From contig NC_008340.1 of the NCBI RefSeq assembly GCF_000014785.1, forward strand, positions 2,040,001 to 2,072,000: 32,000 nucleotides of DNA, in the 5' to 3' direction. Below are positions 8,514 to 14,590 of this stretch, piece after piece. The position numbers were made by a program, and so were the translations under genes. The notes under the pieces were generated by a model. The model saw only the letters and a list, made by a program, of their open reading frames with translations. It made no database searches and was not told where the DNA came from. The stretch is from Alkalilimnicola ehrlichii MLHE-1 (GTDB taxonomy: Bacteria > Pseudomonadota > Gammaproteobacteria > Nitrococcales > Halorhodospiraceae). Each line of letters begins with the position of its first letter. Positions within the stretch are counted from its first letter, which is position 1.

Positions 8514-8603
8514 GTATAACGCAAAGGTAACCGGCGCCGGAGCGCCAGCGGGGGGAACCAAAAGCGGAACGCTTTTGGCGTCCGGTTGACCGCTTGGTTA
8601 GAG
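8514..8603 (-). other. Integron attC site (90 bp) closing the DUF867 cassette
   Basis: Plus strand: GTATAAC-gcaaaGGTAACCGGCGCC...GGCGtCCGGTTgACCgcttg-GTTAGAG. T and G are unpaired on the arm next to GTTAGAG. A perfect 9-bp inner hairpin (CCAAAAGCG-gaa-CGCTTTTGG) is present. The ORF stop codon (8598-8600) lies inside the R'' box. Confidence 0.85.
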
Positions 8604-9212
8604 CAGGCCTGCACGAATCAGCCCCTGACGAACGGCATCGACAAATTTATAGAACACGTCAGTCTGGCGTGCTCTTCCAGCTTTATTGAGAGACTCAAAG
8701 AGAGTGCTTCTCAAGCCGCGGGAGAGCTCTAATTGAACACCAGCTCCGCTCGTTCCGCGATTACAGATATTCGCTCGTGATGTCCCTTGAAGATTCGGGT
8801 TTTCATGCTTGCGCACGGTAAAACCGGCCTCTGCAAGTGCTTCGCTTATTTGAGAGCGCAGCAGCGCATCGGCACCGCCAGCAAATACCGTTTCCCCTGG
8901 GCTGTTTTCACCATGTATTGCTACAGCAGTGCGAGACCGCGCGACTACTTCGACACAACGAGGTTCATCGAAATTCGTACTGGTTATATGCAAGTCCCGG
9001 TTCTTGGCTACCTTAGTACCCTCAAAAATTGCGAAACTAAACTGCTCGCCTGCAATAGCAAAGGCCAACTCTGATGTGCCTGGCTCAATTGCACCACCAT
9101 GCGGGGCAATCACAGCTACCGCTGCTTCGTCTCGCACCGCCACCTGAACGCGAAAATCGCGCCCTTCAGTTTGCTCAGCTTTAAGTGCTTTAAAATTTGA
9201 GTATCTGTCCAT
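8598..9212 (-). CDS. Poly-gamma-glutamate hydrolase family (DUF867 / PghP-like) protein
   Basis: About 204 aa. APHGGAIEPGTSE and ...AVAIHGE... match the remembered HGG-IE-GT and downstream His zinc-ligand pattern of the family. The ATG at 9212 is preferred over the TTG at 9215. Confidence 0.65.
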   Translation of the reverse strand: MDRYSNFKALKAEQTEGRDFRVQVAVRDEAAVAVIAPHGGAIEPGTSELAFAIAGEQFSFAIFEGTKVAKNRDLHITSTNFDEPRCVEVVARSRTAVAIHGENSPGETVFAGGADALLRSQISEALAEAGFTVRKHENPNLQGTSRANICNRGTSGAGVQLELSRGLRSTLFESLNKAGRARQTDVFYKFVDAVRQGLIRAGLL

Positions 9213-9219
9213 CAATTCG

Positions 9220-9288
9220 CTCTAACGCTCAACTAAGCCGCTGGGCGGAGCGTAGCGTAGCCCAGTCGGCTTGAGTGTTATGTTAGCG
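9220..9288 (-). other. Integron attC site (69 bp) closing the membrane-protein cassette
   Basis: Plus strand: CTCTAAC-GCTCAActaAGCCGcTGGG-cggagcgtagcgtag-CCCAgtCGGCTTGAGt-gttat-GTTAGCG. The minus-strand R'' CGCTAAC is the exact complement of GTTAGCG at the cassette start (10209-10203). A tandem partial box GTTAT/GTTAGCG leaves the exact R'' register ambiguous. Confidence 0.75.
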
Positions 9289-10188
9289 ATTCGACATAAC
9301 ACGATAGAACTCTCTCACTGCACTTGCGAACGCGGAGCGTTCCCTAAGCAGTCGCACATACGTCGGCAGATTAAATCCGATAACGGGAGAGAGCAGATTG
9401 CCACGAATGCTGCCGGCCAGCATGGATATTGGCCCGCTCAACTTCTCCGCACAGTCAATAAATTGTTGGCATTCCTGTACGTTCACTTGATTATGGAACT
9501 CTTGGATGTAATTGGGATTATTCACATCGACTATTGGTACATGAATCCACATCTTTCTCCCGATCTCCTCAAGAGCCTGCACTGCCTCATCAAAGGCATC
9601 CGGCATTCCCCAGCCCGAACATAGTATTGTGTAGTTCCTTCCCTTTATTCGATGAACTTGTACCGTGGCCTGCGACAGTTGCTCTCTCGCTGATAGGAAT
9701 TCTCTAGTCTGGCTCAGGGCCCAGTCCACCTTAAATTTTGCCTCACGAGCGTTACTCCCTCTTTGGACCTCATTCACCGCTTCAACGAGGGACTCTACGA
9801 AGAGCTGCGCATCAGTTACAAGTTGGTTGGTTGTTCCAAAAAAATGCTCGATTTCGCCCGCTGTCTGGGTTCTAAGCTGCGCCTGTTGCTGCTGCTTCCA
9901 GCTCACGGTTGCCGTATGAAATGCCACCACAAAGCCACCAAGAGTTACCGCTGCGGTGGCAAGTCCTACTTTGTAAGCCTCCGGCTGTCCGTTGAACCAC
10001 AATACCAACTCGCCAGGGGAAAATGGCTCTACACCGAGCACAGTCTCCGCCCCTACGTATAGTGATATCGCCAGCGCTAGTGCACCCAATGCAGTGCCGA
10101 AAAGAAAGTGCACCAACATCCCAATCGAAATGAACGCGTAGAACGCTGGAACGGCCACTTGAGGTGGAATGCGCTGGAATATCTTCAT
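9283..10188 (-). CDS. Hypothetical membrane protein (2-3 N-terminal TM helices plus a helical soluble domain)
   Basis: The ORF track gives 9283-10266. I prefer the ATG at 10188 (MKIFQRIPPQ...), which is preceded by GGGAG. The hydrophobic stretches are AVPAFYAFISIGMLVHFLFGTALGALALAISLYVGA and VGLATAAVTLGGFVVAFHTATV. No family recognised. Confidence 0.55.
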   Translation of the reverse strand: MKIFQRIPPQVAVPAFYAFISIGMLVHFLFGTALGALALAISLYVGAETVLGVEPFSPGELVLWFNGQPEAYKVGLATAAVTLGGFVVAFHTATVSWKQQQQAQLRTQTAGEIEHFFGTTNQLVTDAQLFVESLVEAVNEVQRGSNAREAKFKVDWALSQTREFLSAREQLSQATVQVHRIKGRNYTILCSGWGMPDAFDEAVQALEEIGRKMWIHVPIVDVNNPNYIQEFHNQVNVQECQQFIDCAEKLSGPISMLAGSIRGNLLSPVIGFNLPTYVRLLRERSAFASAVREFYRVMSNR

Positions 10189-10202
10189 ACGTCTCCCAGA
10201 CT

Positions 10203-10274
10203 CGCTAACGCCGCGCTCTGCGGCAAATTTGGAGCGCAGCGGAGAATTTGTCCGACAGCAGCGCATTGTTAGGG
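10203..10274 (-). other. Integron attC site (72 bp) closing the CHAT-like cassette
   Basis: Plus strand: CGCTAAC-gccGCGCTCTGCGGCAAATT-tggagcgcagcggag-AATTTGtCCGaCAGcAGCGCatt-GTTAGGG. It forms a long imperfect stem with unpaired bases on the arm next to GTTAGGG. The minus-strand R'' CCCTAAC is the exact complement of GTTAGGG at the cassette start (11148-11142). Confidence 0.85.
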
Positions 10275-10277
10275 ATT

Positions 10278-11126
10278 TTACGTGGCAACAATATCATCCT
10301 TAGATAAAGGGAAGCGCGCATCATTTTCTGGAAAATCAGCAATGAAGAAGAACCTTTTTCTGAGTTTATCAAAGTGCTGATCTTCAGATGCAAGACCTTT
10401 CTTTACTTGCTGTCTGGCCCATGCCACACCACGTCTCTTTACGTCGGGGTTTTTCATCGCCTCAGAAACAAGGCGTTCTACCCTTTCTTTCTTCCCTTTC
10501 CCGACACAGTGACTTTTATAGTAGGCTCGGTAAGCCCTTGAAAATAGTCCAGCAGCGCTTAAAAAATGATAGGTTCGATCTTGATGCTCTGCCCCTTCAT
10601 TAAGGATACCTATGGCTTTATCACCATCGAGGTCGAAAAAGAAGGACTCATAAAACCGACCGAAATTATCCTGAATATGCCCAGCAGTTACTTCTACCTC
10701 CGGACCAATTATTGCCCAGAAAGGAGCCGCATCTAGCCTTGTAGATGCTTTTATTAAATGGGCACCATTGCAGGCAGCAATTACAATCATCAGATTTAGC
10801 TTAGTCGCTCGGTTAATCTCAATAAGTATCTCTCTGATTTCATCCCATTCAACCAGTTCTCCGCTAGCGGTTCCCAAGCCGTCTTCACACCCATGACACT
10901 CAAAGTGGATCATTGGATATATTCCGCTCAAAGCCTCATTTCGTATTTTTTCTAATACGTCAAACAGCTCGGACTTAGTTATTGGCTCAGCGAATTCGAC
11001 GACAAGGTCTTGCTGTACCTGCTTAGCCTTGTCCAGCTGATTGTCGAAGAGATTTTTCCCGGTTCTAAGCTCACCTGATGGTAAAGATTCTATAACCCAC
11101 AGCTTATTGAAAATATTTCCGGACAT
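10278..11126 (-). CDS. Putative clan-CD (caspase/CHAT-like) cysteine peptidase, single-gene cassette
   Basis: 282 aa. A hydrophobic strand followed by His-Gly (PMIHFEC-H78-G) and, 41 residues later, a hydrophobic strand followed by Cys (LMIVIAA-C119-NGA). This is the order and context of the caspase-hemoglobinase-fold catalytic dyad. H78 codon 10893-10895; C119 codon 10770-10772. Motif-level call only. Confidence 0.5.
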   Translation of the reverse strand: MSGNIFNKLWVIESLPSGELRTGKNLFDNQLDKAKQVQQDLVVEFAEPITKSELFDVLEKIRNEALSGIYPMIHFECHGCEDGLGTASGELVEWDEIREILIEINRATKLNLMIVIAACNGAHLIKASTRLDAAPFWAIIGPEVEVTAGHIQDNFGRFYESFFFDLDGDKAIGILNEGAEHQDRTYHFLSAAGLFSRAYRAYYKSHCVGKGKKERVERLVSEAMKNPDVKRRGVAWARQQVKKGLASEDQHFDKLRKRFFFIADFPENDARFPLSKDDIVAT

Positions 11127-11141
11127 GACGATTCCATTTAT

Positions 11142-11217
11142 CCCTAACGCGCAGCGTAACCGGTCGGATTTGGAGCGTCAGCGGAAAAGCCGATCCGTGT
11201 TGACGCTGTTGTTGTGC
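11142..11217 (-). other. Integron attC site (76 bp) closing the DUF262-HEPN cassette
   Basis: Plus strand: CCCTAAC-gcgCAGCGTAACCGGTCGG-atttggagcgtcagcggaaaag-CCGAtCCGtGTTgACGCTGtt-GTTGTGC. The 16-nt arm pairs perfectly once T, T and G on the other arm are flipped out. The minus-strand R'' GCACAAC is the exact complement of GTTGTGC at the cassette start (13051-13045). Confidence 0.85.
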
Positions 11218-11260
11218 TAAGCTGACGGATCGAATTCGTCTCGCCGCCACTCCTTATCCA

Positions 11261-11893
11261 TTACTCTGCACAATTCATAATATTATTTTGGAAACAATCC
11301 GATAAAACCAGAAGCATCCTTTGCGTAAACGTGACGTGCTCCCTGATATCTATCGTCGACAAATCCGGGTCATCGCCATGCGCAATACTATGGCGCCACC
11401 TCACAAGCTCGTTGTCTATTTTAAGGCGCCACCGCAAGAATGGAGAGCAATCGAACCCCATGACTTCGAAGTTGTCTTTTAACTTTCTGAAATCTAGATT
11501 TGATCTAGAAGAAACCACTTCCTTATCAAAATTCAAAAAGTCCCCTCTTGTCACTTCCTGAAATCGCAAGATAAACTCTACTGCTGCAAGCTGAGAATGA
11601 TTTCTATCTCTGAGCCTTTGAAAATCAGACTGGAGCAACCCAATCAGCATTGGCCAAGAGACATCTGAAACCTTCTTTCTAGCCTCCCTCAAAAAATCTA
11701 TGTAAAGAGATACGCAATCGTTATAAAACCCTTCCCAGTGAGAATAGGATAAAACGATAACTGCCTTCGACTGGACCCCAAATTGCGCAATAGAGCCTAG
11801 CTCATTCATTCGGACTTTTATCTCTGACAGTTCCTTGGCTCGGCGCAAGCGGATCGAATCCAAGTCTGAGAGAAATTGAAAAACATCGCTCAT
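11261..11893 (-). CDS. HEPN-domain protein (MAE_28990/MAE_18760-like), predicted RNase effector
   Basis: About 210 aa. Rx4H motif W-R-H-S-I-A-H-G (codons 11378-11395) near the C-terminus, plus the upstream YSHWEGF element typical of this HEPN family. The ATG at 11893 overlaps the DUF262 TGA (ATGA). The ORF track starts at 11908. Confidence 0.7.
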   Translation of the reverse strand: MSDVFQFLSDLDSIRLRRAKELSEIKVRMNELGSIAQFGVQSKAVIVLSYSHWEGFYNDCVSLYIDFLREARKKVSDVSWPMLIGLLQSDFQRLRDRNHSQLAAVEFILRFQEVTRGDFLNFDKEVVSSRSNLDFRKLKDNFEVMGFDCSPFLRWRLKIDNELVRWRHSIAHGDDPDLSTIDIREHVTFTQRMLLVLSDCFQNNIMNCAE

Positions 11894-12999
11894 TGTGGAG
11901 AAAACCAATTCTCACCAAATGGTACGGTTCTTTGGATCCGAGTAGTCCCTCGCAAGCCTGACGCACTCAACTCGGCGACATCTCTTTCTCGCCAGAACCG
12001 ATCGACGCGCTCACGCAAAAAACCATCCGGGTCTTCCAAGTCCTGAATTTTTTCTTTGTTTCTGGCGACCCCTACCAATATCGCTTCCAGTGCACGCAGA
12101 GAAAATCTTTTGGCTATTCCTTGATAAGCCTCGTCATGAGGAATCAAGGCATCGCCCCCGAATAAGCTATGCAAGCTATTGACGGCCCATTCCACCGTAT
12201 GGATCACATCATTCGGATCTTGATCCACGATAATTCGCGCAATACTTCGGTCGAGGAACTCCTGAACATCAGCATCTGAGCCAAAATCTTCGACTGTATG
12301 AACAATAGCACGAACCGCATATTCAACATCTTTTTGTTTTAAATTCTGCTCTTCCGTAATTTTAAAAATATTTATAAATTCTTCGCTTCTTGCCAGATTC
12401 CTTATTCGAGCGGTAGCATCTGCATTTCCAAGCACCATTGAACAAGTGCGGACTTCCTGCTCATTAGCGTACTCGCCACCCCGATTCAATCGCTGAAACA
12501 AATCAAATTTCGTTTTTGCGTCACTTGGGTGTTTAAGTATCTGGAAATCCAAGCGTGACCGACGAAAGAAAAGCTGAAGAGATTTTTCAAGAACTTGAGC
12601 ACCTCCATCTCCTCCTTCTGTTGGCCACACGACACCATCTAAGGACGGAAGATAGGTTGCAGTTGTCAGAGTAGAAGGCGGCATCTTCTCTGCAGGATTA
12701 TCTGGTTCGCGCAAAACGCCCATGAACTCGAGCACTGTGGAGATACGTTGTAACCCGTCTATCAGCTCCCATGTTCCATCTGGCTTTTCATATGCGAAAG
12801 CCGGGGGCACAGGGATTCCAATCAAAATCGATTCGATAAAAGCCGTCTTCTTTTCAGGAGACCAACGAAATAATCTCTGAAAATCAGGGATAATATCTAG
12901 CTCCTCCGCCGCATACATGGAAGCGATCTCCCCAATGGAGATTTGCAAACTATCGGTAACAACTGATCGCTTTGCGGTTTCTAGTTCATTTCTTAACAT
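11890..12999 (-). CDS. DUF262 (ParB/Srx-fold, GmrSD-N-like) protein lacking a DUF1524/HNH nuclease domain
   Basis: DFQRLFRW, IDGLQR and FQRLNRGG motifs match the DUF262 signature (QR..W, DGQQR, LN.GG). The ATG at 12999 is preceded by GAGGG at 7-nt spacing. The ORF could extend to 13017. Confidence 0.75.
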   Translation of the reverse strand: MLRNELETAKRSVVTDSLQISIGEIASMYAAEELDIIPDFQRLFRWSPEKKTAFIESILIGIPVPPAFAYEKPDGTWELIDGLQRISTVLEFMGVLREPDNPAEKMPPSTLTTATYLPSLDGVVWPTEGGDGGAQVLEKSLQLFFRRSRLDFQILKHPSDAKTKFDLFQRLNRGGEYANEQEVRTCSMVLGNADATARIRNLARSEEFINIFKITEEQNLKQKDVEYAVRAIVHTVEDFGSDADVQEFLDRSIARIIVDQDPNDVIHTVEWAVNSLHSLFGGDALIPHDEAYQGIAKRFSLRALEAILVGVARNKEKIQDLEDPDGFLRERVDRFWRERDVAELSASGLRGTTRIQRTVPFGENWFSPQ

Positions 13000-13044
13000 T
13001 AAGCAGCCCTCAAGCATGGAGAATCATAAGCAGAAATTTCATCT

Positions 13045-13063
13045 GCACAACGCCTAGTTAACC
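13045..13063 (-). other. attI-like simple site at the head of the cassette array
   Basis: Minus strand: GGTTAAC-taggc-G|TTGTGC. The GTTGTGC core is cognate to the R'' of the first cassette's attC. A related 19-bp site (plus strand GTTCAAC-gcctt-GTTGCAC) lies at 13140-13158. Overlaps the last codons of the IS91 tnpA ORF. Confidence 0.5.
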
Positions 13064-14343
13064 GGCCCGCATCGAGGCAAATAAAAATGCCGATCGCCCT
13101 CATTCACCTCGGACCTCCTCGAAGGCACTAGCGGGTCCGGTTCAACGCCTTGTTGCACACTGCCCGAAGCCTTCGGAGGCGACCCACTTCTTATTAGGGA
13201 ATTTTGAATCCGGTGGCGACTCGGGGGAAGCGTGAATCCCCGGATCAGCTCGGCACCGCAAGCGGGACAGCACAGGGCGTCGCTATGGCCAAGCATCTCC
13301 AGGTACGCCTGCCAGGTCTGCTTCTTCGGCTCCACTTCGGGCATAGGCGCCCCCATTTGTTCTCGGCAAGCCATTCGCTTGGCACGGCAGGTGTGGGCAT
13401 ACAGACCAACGTGGCGGACGGTGTGCTGACCCGGCTCCGGGACATGCCACAGGATCTGTTCCATGAATCGCTCCACCGCCACACGCCGCAGTTTCCGTCG
13501 ACCATCCCGGTGGTCATGGTAACGGAATTGAACCTGGCCTTCCCCCAACGACTTGATCCGGGTGTTTGTGATGGGTCCGCCGCGCACGTAGCGAGACAGG
13601 TACGCAGCGACTCCTCGTCCATGTGTATAGCGGCCCTGCAAACGGACATTCCATTCTTTCTTCGCAGTGGCCTTGAGCCAGTAATCCACGGTCGGATGAT
13701 CGCCACGGGGCGCTTTCAGTCGGCCAGTATCCAGATCATGGCGCAGACGGGAGAGTAGTTTGCCCCGGAACACGCGCTTCACCACGGCCGCAGGCAGCAG
13801 AAAGTCACCCTTCACCGCTCGCCACTGTCCACCCGTCGTCAATCCACCCCCACTGATCAAGCAGTGAACATGGGGGTGGGCGTTAAGGGTTCGACCCCAC
13901 GTGTGCAGGGCCATCACAATGCCGGGGACCGCCCCTAGGTGACGATCTTGCGCAAGCAGTTGGATGAGGGTGTCCCGACTGGCATCGAATAGCGCGGCCA
14001 CGAAGGACCGGCGGTTGTACCGCCACAGGGGGATCAATTCATGGGGCACGGTAAAGATAGCGTGGAAATGATCGCAAGGCAGCAGGCGGCCTCGTTCACG
14101 CTCCATCCACTGTGCCTTGGCACGCTCCGCACATTGCGGGCAGCTACGATGCCGGCACGAGTGGTACTGCACGCGGCGGTGGTGGCCATGGGGACAACAC
14201 TGCTCGTGGCCCCCCAGCGCTTCCGTCCGGCAATTCATAATCGATTCTGCCGCTTTGAGCTGCGGGAGCGGAAAACAATGATGTTTACGAAGCCCATCAA
14301 AATGCTCCAGAAATACGTCCTGAATGGTCGGCTTCCTTGCCAT
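13054..14343 (-). CDS. tnpA: IS91-family (HUH, Y2) rolling-circle transposase; element ends not defined
   Basis: 429 aa. N-terminal Cys/His zinc-binding region (CCPHGHHRRVQYHSCRHRSCPQC), HUH motif (HPHVHCLISGGG), YxxxY pair (YLSRY) and C-terminal CPACG. The last approximately 55 aa look non-conserved and run over the attI-like sites. Confidence 0.85.
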   Translation of the reverse strand: MARKPTIQDVFLEHFDGLRKHHCFPLPQLKAAESIMNCRTEALGGHEQCCPHGHHRRVQYHSCRHRSCPQCAERAKAQWMERERGRLLPCDHFHAIFTVPHELIPLWRYNRRSFVAALFDASRDTLIQLLAQDRHLGAVPGIVMALHTWGRTLNAHPHVHCLISGGGLTTGGQWRAVKGDFLLPAAVVKRVFRGKLLSRLRHDLDTGRLKAPRGDHPTVDYWLKATAKKEWNVRLQGRYTHGRGVAAYLSRYVRGGPITNTRIKSLGEGQVQFRYHDHRDGRRKLRRVAVERFMEQILWHVPEPGQHTVRHVGLYAHTCRAKRMACREQMGAPMPEVEPKKQTWQAYLEMLGHSDALCCPACGAELIRGFTLPPSRHRIQNSLIRSGSPPKASGSVQQGVEPDPLVPSRRSEVNEGDRHFYLPRCGPVN

Positions 14344-14590
14344 TGATTGAGCCTCCTGTACGGCGCTCCATGCCGTATATTACAGACATTGCAACGCGGC
14401 ATGTCTTCGCCAACTAACTGAAAAATCGCAACATCTGCCGCGAAGCGGCTTTGTGCAACAGTTGATTCTACTGCGTCTGTAGAGGCGGTGATATGCAGAC
14501 GCCGCATGTCACACCCGGGATACTTGATATCGAACCAGTCGGTGGCGCATGCTTATCGTGCATAGTCATGGACTGACGGAGTAAGGAATC

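Noticed and set aside
9271-9624. Small plus-strand ORFs inside the AT-rich cassettes (for example 9271-9624, 10388-10603, 11331-11561, 8787-9074)
   Set aside because: All lie antisense within longer minus-strand ORFs that have motifs or cassette-consistent orientation. They have no SD sequences and no recognisable domains.
9283-11126. CHAT-like protease plus downstream membrane protein as one two-gene (protease-effector) system
   Set aside because: A complete attC (10203-10274) with cognate core sequences separates them. They are therefore independently mobile cassettes and adjacency alone does not imply a functional link. A link is not excluded, but it is unsupported.
14344-14590. LexA (SOS) box upstream of intI, as in many integrons
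   Set aside because: I looked for CTGT-N8-ACAG and found no acceptable match. Only a GCGTCTG/CAGACGC hairpin (about 14473-14501) of unknown meaning is present. SOS control is therefore not supported from the sequence.
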